A stretch of 64,000 nt of DNA from contig CAVZMI010000014.1 of assembly GCA_963776275.1 (NCBI GenBank), positions 96,001-160,000 on the forward strand. The letters run 5' to 3'. Under the pieces are notes generated by a model. It was given only the letters and a program-made list of their open reading frames with translations, did not search any database and was not told the DNA's origin. Positions 53,885 through 64,000 of the stretch are shown here, one piece after another. Position numbers and translations under genes: made by a program. Origin of the DNA: Ignavibacteriota bacterium (GTDB taxonomy: Bacteria; Bacteroidota; Ignavibacteria; UBA10030; CAVZMI01). Numbering within the stretch: the stretch's first letter is position 1; each line of letters begins with the position of its first letter.

Positions 53885-56800
53885 TTAGTTTGAGTCTCCA
53901 TGGATTTTTTTCAAGTTTTGCGGCAGCGGTATATATAGATGGAATGTTGTCCCCGCTCCGATGGTGCTTTCAACGTCGACAAGACCATGATGGGTTTGAA
54001 TAACACCGAGGGCCACAGATAAACCGAGTCCGGTTCCTTTACCCTTTTCTTTTGTGGTAAAGAACGGATCGAAGATACGGGTTCTGGTTTCCTCATCCAT
54101 TCCCGATGCCGGTATCGGTCACGCTAATAATAACATAGTGATCACGATCTGCAGAGGGGAAACGTTGAAGGATTTCTTCGCGTATCACTTTCTTTACTGT
54201 GATGATAAGGTCTCCTCCGTTCGGCATGGCATCCCGGGCATTGACGCAGAGATTCAATAACGCCTGGTGCAATTGCGTCCGGTCGGCATTGATCGTCGGA
54301 ATATCTTCATCGATGATTTCCTTGATCGTGATCATTTTTGAGAAGGTCTCTCTTAACATCGAAAGAAGATCATGCACAAGATCGGGAATATGCACAGGTT
54401 CAAATGAGACATCCGTTTTACGCGCAAACGTAAGGATCTGCCGCACAAGCGATGCTCCCCGTTCCACCGATTGTTTAATGGCATTGATATTCAATAAGAA
54501 TTTCTCGTTTGTCATGCCTCCTCTTTCCAGCAGGGAGGCGTATCCCATTATGATTCCGAGAATATTATTGAAGTCGTGCGCAATACCTCCTGCGAGTGTC
54601 CCGATGCTCTGGATCTTTTGAGACTGTATAAGCTGGTATTGAAGTCGTTTTTGTTCGGTGATGTCCTGGAACACTTCAAGCAATGCTTCCTTGCCCTGAT
54701 AGGCCATTCCGATATGGCTGATCTGAAATATCTTTCCCCCAAAAATGCCGGCTGTTTCAACGACTTCGGGTTTATCGTGTTCAATCCCGTGCCGGAGCGG
54801 ACAGTCCTGGCACTGCTGTTTATCATCCTTGTAGGCGAGCCAGCACTGTTTACCCATAGCTTCGGCACCGACGAGTTTTTTCATTGAATCGTTCATAAAG
54901 AGGATATTTCCCTGTTCATCGACGATATCCATTCCGAACGGCATCGTCTGAAGAAGCAGCTGGTTGAAGGCATTACTCTGGATGAGTGCTTCTTCCGCTG
55001 TTCCTGCAAGGACCACTTGAGAAGCAGTGCTTGCAATGTCTTCTAAATATTGTTTTTCATATTGTTCGATAGCCCGATTTCTGAACATCGCCATGACTCC
55101 GATCGGCTTACCTTCCGTTGAAATGAGTCGATAGCCTGCAAAGGAAACCAGGCCAAGAGATTTCGCCCACTCCCGGTCATGAACTTGGGTGTCATGAACG
55201 ACATCGTTGGTAATAAATTTTGCATCTTCTCCTGATGCGACACGTCCTATTTTGTAGCATCCAAAGGGAACCCTCCGGTGACCGCCGTCAGTGTGAGTAT
55301 AACACCCAGAACTGGATATAAGATGGAGACAGCGAATTCGGTCTACGCAGACATGCGGTCCTTCGCTCACCGCTGCATGCGGGCATCCTTTGTCACAGAG
55401 GTCTGCGTCTCTGACGATCCAGACCCGTGCGAAATCGGCGCCAAATATTTCAACTAGGCCGTCAGTCACGAGTTTGAGTTTTTCATTAATACCCCTTACA
55501 CTGATTAACTTATGTTTTAAATCGCTGATCTTTTTACTATATGTTTCTTGTTGTTTACGCTCGGTGATGTCGCGAACGAACACGAGTGCGCCATCGTGAC
55601 CTTCATATGGGATTGGTACAGCAGAGACCTCCACATCGACTACTGTTCCGTCGAGTTTTAAATATTTTTCTTGTAATGGGGAAGCGTTTTTCTTTTCCTG
55701 GTTGATCAGACGAATGCGCTCCCGAATTCTTTCCCGATAATCCGGATGAAAATCGGTCCATTACGGGCTGTCCCAACAGCTGGCCCTCAGACTCGGCGCC
55801 GAATAACTTCAATGCGGCTGGATTTAGATATGAAAATCGGGATTGGGTCTGCACAAAGACTGTGTCAGGTGCACTTTCAATAAACCGGCGGAAGTTCTTT
55901 TCACTTATCTGCAGTGCTTCTTCGGCATGCTTTCTTTGCTCTTCCATCTCCAGAGATTCGAGTGCAAAGGAGACATTCCTTGCAAGTTCATCGAGCAACT
56001 GTACCTCCTCAAAATTAAAAGCCTGCACTTCATTTGAATAAAAGCTGAAGGTTCCGACTGTCTTGTTTAATATCCTCAGAGGATATACAGCCGATGATTT
56101 ATAACCGCGTTCGAGAGCCCGTTTCCGCCAGTGAATCGAGCGCTCATCACGTTCAATATCGTTATAAACAATGCCGCGGCCGTTCTGAAGATCTTCTCCG
56201 ATTTGTCCTCTCCCCTCGGGTGTATCCGATGGCGTAATGTAGAGATGTTCCAGATAATTGTCGGTCGATCCCGCAGAAGCTGTCGGAGTGATGATATTCG
56301 AATCTTCTTTGAGCAACCCGATCCAGGCCATCGAAAAACCGCCGTCATCGACAGCGATTTTACATGCACCTTCAAGCATCTTTTGCCTGTCTCGCTCGCG
56401 AACGATCAATTGATTGACGTTGCTTAATACGGCATAGGTGCGATTGAGATTGAGAATTTTTATTTCGTTCTGCTTGCGGTCCGTGATGTCGTGCACTGCA
56501 CTAACCAGATGAGTACAACTCCCTTCTTTATCGAAAATGGGAGCAATGCTGACCTCTCCAGTAAACCTGCCTGTCGGATAGTCGGTTGTTTCTTCCCAGC
56601 GGACAATTGTTTTTCCCTGGATCGCCTGTTTGTATTTGTCCAGTACCAGAGTCAGGGATGGCTCCGGGATGACATCGCTGACGAGTTTACCGACAACTGC
56701 TATGGCAGGCAGCCCTATGGTTGAGAGGAATGCTCGATTGACGGAATTGAACCTGTATTCGCCATCTTTAGTCACATCCAATAGGAAAATTGCATCGCCA

Positions 56801-59376
56801 ACAGTCTCGTAAATTGATGAAAACCGCTTCTCGCTTTCACGTAACGCCTGTTCCACTTGTTTGCGGTCGGTAATGTCTTGCACTTGAGAGATGAAGTACG
56901 ATGGATTTCCATCGGCATCATGTACCAGCGAACTGATTAACAATCCCCAAACTACATGTCCATCCTTGTGATAATAGCGTTTTTCAAAGACGGCATTTTC
57001 CGTTTCACCCGCGATCGCCTTTTTGATAAACTCGGGACTCAGGAGTACGTCTTCGGGTACGGCAATAGTATTTACATTCATGCGCTCGAGTTCCTGTTTG
57101 CTGTATCCAAAAATTTCGCACATCTTGTCGTTAACCCGTTTCAAGTTGCCTGCTGTATCTACCAGGCACATACCTGTATTTGCATTCTCAAAGGCAAGAC
57201 GGAACTTCTCCTCGCTATCCCTTAATGCTTCTTGTGCCATCTTCCGCTCGGTGATATCTTGTGCAAATCCAATCAGACCGACAGGAGTGTTATTTTTATC
57301 ATAAATCGGAATTTTATCCGTCTGTACCCATCTGATGCCGTCGGCAGATTCATATGGTTCTATTATGTTAAGTTTAGCGCGCCCTGAGGTTAAAACCTCC
57401 TGGTCATCGTTTGTCATGTCTTGTGCAATCTTTGGAGAATAAAGGTCAAAGACTGTTTTTCCCAAAAAATCTTTTTCAGGTATTTTTTGTGATTCGGCAA
57501 ACGTCTTGTTGACGCGAATGAATTTTCCTTCTTTATCCTTATAGAAAACTATGATTGGAGAAGTATCGATAATGAGCTTAAGTTCCCGCCGCTCTTTTTC
57601 CAGTATTGCTTCTAATTTCTTCCGCTCGGTGATGTCTTCCACGGTACCTTCGTAGTACAGAATTTCTCCATTTACATCGCGATGAGCTCTTGCGCTTTCC
57701 AGAACATGGATCGTTGAGCCATCTTTTCTTATCCATATGGCTTCATACTCTTTAATTTCATCTGCAGCTGCAATGCGCTGTTTAAACTGACTGCGCGGAC
57801 AGGAAGGGTCAAATCCTTCTTCCTCAAGGTTGCGTTTTGAAAGTTCCTCAAGACTTGAATATCCTAACATTCGAATAAGAGTGGGATTTGCGAGAATAAT
57901 GGCTCCATCCAGAGTGGTTTGATAGATTCCGAGCGAAGAATTTTCGAAAAGGCTGCGGTATTGCTCTTCACTCTTTCGAAGAGCTTCTTCGGCCTGAATG
58001 CGCTCGCTAATATCACGAATGATGACCTGATAGAATTTTATCCCATCGATCGCGATCGGGCGTACACTTAATTCAACAGGGAACGTCGATCCATCCTTCC
58101 GTCGATGATTAGTCCTGTAGATGGCACCCTGCTTCTCATTAATGATAGCGAACTCTTCTTCCAGACTTATAGAAGTAGCGGACAAATGCAGATCGACAAA
58201 CCTGAACCCGATAATTTCATCATAAGTATAACCATAAGATTGAAGAGCCCGGTCGTTCGCCTCCACGACAATCAAATCTTCATTCGTCAACAAAATAATG
58301 TCGTTTGCATATTTTATGAGATATTCAAAGTGTGTAACAAGCGCCCGGCGCTTGAGTTCGGCTTCATATTTTTCACGGTAGAACTTTAGGCGCTGATGCC
58401 TCCACCATAATCCCATTGTCGAAGCGGCGGCAAGAATGAGAAAGGATGCTGCAATTCCAACCATCCATGCTTTTTCACGCAGTGGAGCATAGACCTCTTC
58501 CTGATCGACTTTTGTCACCATAAACCATGGTGAATTCGGAATTTTCCTGATTACTGCCAGCACTGGGACACCACGATAGTCGACACCTTCCACCGTTCCT
58601 TCAATTCCCCTTACTGCCATTGAAGCGGTCAGTTTTTCATGGATGACCGGCAGGCGGAGGTTCAATGCGGTGTTTTTTTTATGACGCACGTCGTTAAGGT
58701 AAAGTACGCTGTCGCCTTCGCGGCGAAGTAATAGAGTTTCTGCTGAATGGCTTGGTGTTGGCCACCACTGAATTAGTGGGAAGAGAACCTTATCGATATC
58801 AATTTGGAGTAGAAAGACTCCAACAGCACTGTTCTCGCGTCGCTCATTCGAGACCAGGGGTACAATTAATTCCATATAAAGGTGCGACGACGGTCCTTTT
58901 CTGTGTATATCCGTAAGCAGCACCTCTCGAAGACGAAGAGTCTCCGAAATTTCTCCGTGCGCGATCGAGCACACTGTATCGCCCTCCGACGTGACAGTAA
59001 GCCGTATAGTGCCTTTCGTGTCATAAAGAAATATACTACTATAGTCGTACAAAGATTGTATCGATTTCATCCACACGATAAGATCTTGTCGTCGTTTTAC
59101 CTCCTCCGGTTTTTTGAGGAACGTTTCCACATAACTTGCGATGAATGGGTTCTCCTGGATGATTTTACCATCGGAAAGACGTTCATCACGCCAGTGGACA
59201 ATTTGACTTGACTTGAGATCGGTGATTGCGCTCAACGCATCGTGCTGTTCTTGCTTTAGACGAGTCTTTTGAAAATTAAAGTAGAAATATCCGATGATGA
59301 GGATTCCTATGGCAATCAGCGAGAAGATGCCGAAAATTGCCCAGGGAATTCGTTCGAAATAATTAGAGGATTTCAT
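53885..59376 (-). CDS. Membrane-bound multi-PAS/GAF sensor histidine kinase; frameshifts ~55690 and ~54100
   Basis: Two TM segments around a Cache-like region, many PAS/PAC DITERK motifs, two GAF domains, GGIAHDFNN (H-box), NLCVNARDAM, DTGIG, FTTK..GKGTGLGL. Confidence 0.88.
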
Positions 59377-59638
59377 TTTGCCTGCGCTACTCCTGGTGCA
59401 CCAGGCTTATGATCAAAGAATGTAGAAAAGAGATAATAATAAAAAAGGGAATGTCAGGAAAACGACACCCCCTTGTCTCTTCCATATACCTTATTTTCGG
59501 CATAATTATTGAGTTTCTTTAATTATTATGGTGTTTCTTTAGAATTTGAATTAATAGTTTGTGATAAACGCAATTGTCAGAATATGGTGTCTTTCTTATA
59601 TTGTAGAAGACAAATCGAACTAAAAACAGGGTTATTTC

Positions 59639-62519
59639 ATGCTCTCTGGTGCATATCGAAAACTCTATGACCGTCTGGTCGGCTTTATCCCCAAAATAAG
59701 GCTGCTCCATAATGAGCTGAATTTACTTGGATTCGGGACAGACGCCAGTTTTTACCGTCTCACTCCGCAGCTCGTTGTTCAGGTCGAGAATGAGGATGAA
59801 GTTATCAGGGTGCTTCAGGAGACCTCCAGATTAAAGATCCCTGTGACTTTCCGTGCAGCAGGAACAAGCCTTTCGGGACAAGCGATCTCGGATTCGGTGC
59901 TTATCGTTCTTGCTCCTACCTGGACGAAGTACAAGATAAATGACGACGCCTCGACTATTTCCCTGCAACCGGGTATTATCGGAGCACATGCAAATGTTTA
60001 TCTTGCGCCGTATGGGAAAAAGATTGGTCCCGACCCGGCTTCCATCGACTCTGCAATGATCGGCGGAATCGCCGCCAATAATGCAAGCGGCATGTGCTGT
60101 GGAACCGCACAGAATAGTTACCGCACCGTCAGGGGCATGAGAATTATTTTTCATGACGGGACAGTTCTGGATACGACCGACTCCGAAAGTCGAAGACAAT
60201 TCTGGGTGACGAAAAGTGAACTGGTTTCTTCTATCGTTGATCTCTCCTACCGTATCCGCGCGAACCAGGCGCTGGTTGAGCGAATCCGGCGCAAATATAC
60301 AATGAAGAATACGACCGGATACAGCCTGAATTCCTTCGTGGATTATTCAGATCCGGTTGATATTATCGAGCACCTCATGATCGGTTCCGAAGGAACACTT
60401 GGTTTTATCGCAGAGATTACCTATGAGACAGTCCCCGAACTCGCCAACAAAGCCAGCTCGCTTATAGTCTTTCCGGATATCGAAACGGCTTGTAAAGCTG
60501 TAGAAATTCTTACGACATTTACCGTGGATGCGGTCGAGCTAATGGACCGGGCATCATTACGGTCGATACAGGAAAAACCGGGAATGCCCGAGTTCCTGAA
60601 AAATCTCGACGGCGGGGTCGCAGCCTTATTGGTTGAAACAAGAGCAACTTCACGGGAAAAACTCTCAGAGCAAATTAAAGCTATCGCCCATGCGCTTGTC
60701 TCTGTCCCGAAAATATTCCCCATCTTTTTCCATGCAAATCAGGTGGAGTATGACCGCCTGTGGAATATCAGAAAAGGACTTTTTCCTTCAGTCGGTGCAA
60801 TGCGAGCGACAGGCACGACATGCATTATCGAGGATGTAGCGTTTCCTCTTCCCAGACTGGCCGAAGCTGTCGTCGAGCTGCAAAATCTTTTTGAAAAACA
60901 TGGCTACAAAGATGCTATCATTTTCGGCCATGCCCGCGAAGGAAACCTTCACTTTGTGTTCAGCCAGGATTTCAACCGGCCGGATGAGATAAACCGTTAC
61001 GCCCTTTTTATCGACGAGGTTACTCATCTGGTTGTAGAAAAATACGACGGATCGCTCAAAGCCGAACACGGCACCGGAAGAAATATGGCCCCGTTCGTGG
61101 AGCTGGAATGGGGAAGCGAAGCCTATGCGATGATGCGTGAAATAAAAAGGATTTTCGATCCGGAAAATCTGCTCAATCCTGATGTCATTATCAATATGGA
61201 CGCGACTGCACATCTCAAGCATCTTAAACCGCTGATGCCTGCAAATCCAATCATCGATAAATGCATTGAATGCGGATTCTGCGAAGTGCTATGCCCGTCG
61301 AAGAATTTGTCGATGACGCCGCGTCATAGGATCACCGTTTACCGTGCAATGGTACAACTTACCCAGCAGAAGAGCGAGAAGTCTCGGCTTGCTGCTCTGC
61401 GTCGGGAATTTGACTACTCAGGCGATAAAACCTGTGCGACAGACGGGCTCTGTTCTCTGACCTGTCCGGTCGGGATTGACACCGGATCGTTGATTAAGGA
61501 ATTAAGGTTTGAAGATAACTCACAACTTGCAAATAAAGTTGCCACCGTTATGGCGAAGCACATGAGTTTTGTTGTCAGGGTTGTGAGAATAATCTTAAAC
61601 ACGACTTATGTCATCCGCGGAATCTTTGGCACTGCGTTTATGGAAAAAATATCATCGATTGCCCGAAAGATAACTGCAAATAGATTACCGAAATGGAACA
61701 GGTATGTGCCGAAGGGTGGGAAAAGGGTGAAGGTTAAGTCGGGGGTTGACCCTTCGACTCGTCCCGATATGATATATCGGAACTCGCTCAGGGCGTGGGT
61801 TGAGAGAGAAGGTCGTCTATTTTCCGTCGTGCATTAATCGCGCGATGGGCTTATCGCACGACTATGATGTCCGCGAAGCGGTCACGAAGAAGACAGTCGC
61901 ATTATTGCAGAAAGCGGGGTATGCGGTCGTCATTCCTGAAAAACTTTCAAAACTCTGCTGTGGTATGGCCTTTGACAGCAAGGGATTCAGAGAACAGGGG
62001 ATGATGAAGGCACAGGAACTGGAAGCCGCTCTGCTGAAGGCATCGAATGACGGTGCATATCCTATTCTTGTCGATATGAGTCCATGTCTTTTCCGGATGA
62101 AAGAAACACTTGATCCAAGATTGCAGCTCTTCGAACCGATCGAATTTATTATTGAATTTTTAATCGACAGGTTGGAGTTCTATAAACTGAACAAGACGGT
62201 GGTTATTCATACACCATGCAGTGCCATCGAGATGGGATTGAACGGGAAATTTAGACAGGTAGCGGAACTCTGTGCCGAGAAGGTCATCGTTCCAACCGGG
62301 ATCGGCTGCTGCGGCTGGGCAGGAGACCGTGGTTTTATCTATCCCGAACTAAATGAAAGCGCTCTTGCGGACTTGCAAAGGCAGATTCCACAAGACTGTA
62401 CAGAGGGATACTCTACGAGTCGAACGTGTGAAATCGGTCTATCACTTCATAGCGGCATCAGCTACAAATCGATCGTGTATTTAGTGGACAGGTGCACAAC
62501 AGTGAAAACGACAAATTGA
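59639..62519 (+). CDS. FAD-binding and Fe-S oxidoreductase (D-lactate dehydrogenase Dld-II-like); frameshift ~61805
   Basis: FRAAGTSLSGQ, IGPDPAS, GSEGTLG, KAEHGTG, CIECGFCE..CP, CATDGLC...CP; CCG domains in ORF 61800..62519. Confidence 0.88.
61750..61794. repeat. 45-bp palindromic REP-like element inside the oxidoreductase CDS
   Basis: cccttcgactc-gtcccgatat-gat-atatcggaac-tcgctcagggc. Confidence 0.6.
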
Positions 62520-62706
62520 GTGGTATAGCTAATCGAAATTAGCTTTTTTGGGATCAAGTTTGACATTTCAGAAGTCCACTACTCTGTATCTTCTTTTACT
62601 CCTTACATGCCCAATTCTATTGGTAAGAATTTTAACTTTTTTGACCCTCCCGTGTCTAATGTTGTATGATTGTCATGTCATCGAAAACGATATGGGAGAT
62701 CTCGGA

Positions 62707-63572
62707 ATGAAAATTTTCAAATTCTTGGTATCAGCTTTCATGTTGTCATTTGTGGTAATCCTTTCCAGCTGCAGCAGTACAATTGAGGTGGCCAGCCGTT
62801 GGATGGGACATGAAAATCCGACCGATTCGAGTCTAGGAACAAGTGGATGGGCATTGACGGCAATCAAGGATGAGCCGGTTCTGGTCGGTTTTCGTAATGA
62901 TGACTCGTGCCTTTATATATGCCTCATAGCGCAAAACCACCAGACAGCAAGGAGGATTGTGCTGTCCGGAATGACGCTCTGGTTCGATCCTGAAGGTGGG
63001 AAAGACGAATATATCGGCATCCATTATCCGATAGGGATGCATGAAGCATTTATGCCCGGCAGTCCGGATCAATCCGGCCCGAACAGTGGAGAAGAAGGGT
63101 TTGCTGAACGCCGTGATGAGCTTCTTAAAACTTCTCTCGCAAATGTCGAAATACTCGGTTCCAGGAGAAGAATAAACGGGAAATAAATCCGGTTGTGCAG
63201 CTGAGAGGAATGGCGATCAATATTCAGGATGAAGATCAGCGGTTGATCTACAAACTCAAAATACCGATGAAAAAAGACAACGATCACCCCTATGCAATAG
63301 ATCTCACCAAAGAAAGTACGATCGGCGTACAGATTAAAACTGGATCTGCACCTGTTAATCGTTCTCGTGGAGAAATGGGTGAGGGAGAATCAGGAAGAGG
63401 CGGTGGGCGGGGTGGATATCCGGGCGGAGGTGGGGGATTGGGTGGAGAACGGTCAGGACGTGGTCGATCTCCACGAACGGGGCAAGGACAACGACCGGAG
63501 GCAGCTAAACCGCTTGATATCTCCATTGTTGTTACTCTTGCGAAACCCATCACAGAGCATCTGTCTCGGTGA
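62707..63572 (+). CDS. Hypothetical lipoprotein with Gly/Arg-rich segment; frameshift ~63160
   Basis: MKIFKF...ILSSC lipobox; NDDSCLY..GMTLWF..GIHYP; continues in ORF 63195..63572. Confidence 0.65.
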
Positions 63573-63658
63573 TGTCAATTCATAATTCATCATTCTTATT
63601 TCATAACTGCTTTAGGCTCGGCCACAGAACTGTAGATTCTCTAATAAGAACTTCGAAT

Positions 63659-63943
63659 GCCAGGTCACCGAGTTCTTCTGCAATCTCAATAGCCAGATCA
63701 AAGTCGTGGTCTCGATATGGCTGTTAATATAGCCGATACACTCGGCCACCTGGCTGTTGATGCCGAGATGAGAAAAAAATAGCCAGGTCACCGAGTTCTT
63801 CAGCAATCTCAATAGCCATATCTAAGCCAGAGGCTTATGAGCCTTTGGCTCAGAGGTGACCTTATTAGCAAAGTATTCAATAGCCAGCTCGAAGTCGCGG
63901 CCTCGATATGGCTGTTAATATTGCCGATACACTCGGCCGCCTG
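63659..63943. repeat. Tandem/nested REP-like palindromic repeat array
   Basis: Direct repeats 63659-63695/63782-63818 and 63687-63752/63878-63943, plus an internal hairpin agccagaggc..gcctttggct. Confidence 0.75.
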
Positions 63944-64000
63944 TCTGTCCCAAACATATTCATTCATAATTTATCAACCATCATTCATAACTCACATTTC

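Noticed and set aside
63360-63500. RGG/Gly-rich segment as an RNA-binding domain
   Set aside because: It lies in an exported lipoprotein, so a low-complexity linker is more parsimonious.
63659-63943. CRISPR array
   Set aside because: Only two copies of each unit, no regular unique spacers and no cas genes; better explained as REP-like palindromes.
1-64000. Complete tRNA, rRNA, riboswitch, integrase or prophage
   Set aside because: None recognised by eye; a covariance-model search would be needed to exclude small RNAs.

Overview
Bacterial DNA, most likely from an FCB-group organism of Ignavibacteria type. This is inferred from the NYPNPFNP-type T9SS C-terminal domains (CTDs), a PorV/PorQ-family barrel and sigma70-type promoters. 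About 1-44.7 kb is a large hemicellulose (mainly arabino/glucuronoxylan) utilisation region. It carries GH35, a XylR-type activator, nine proteins with canonical T9SS CTDs (LamG, GH10, two GH30, FG-GAP/CRTAC1, three GH43, CE4), GH51, a SASA/CE20-like esterase, a GPH permease, GH130 and GH94 phosphorylases and a ROK kinase. There is no SusC/SusD pair. A minus-strand operon (SurA/PrsA-like chaperone, TonB-dependent transporter, ~1160-aa Ca-motif protein with an atypical CTD, PorV-like barrel) appears to take its place and is the best candidate for an uncharacterised uptake system. A conserved ~65-bp promoter/operator element occurs three times. Two decayed IS3-family halves and a 13-bp inverted repeat bracket the 4.3-21.8 kb block. 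The rest of the window holds a beta-PGM-like HAD enzyme, an ABC-2 exporter, a galK-galT-LacI operon, a multi-PAS/GAF histidine kinase with receiver, an FAD/Fe-S D-lactate-dehydrogenase-like oxidoreductase, lipoproteins and REP-like palindromic repeats. Many genes are split by single frameshifts, most plausibly sequencing or assembly indels. All calls come from motif recognition by eye; no database searches were run.
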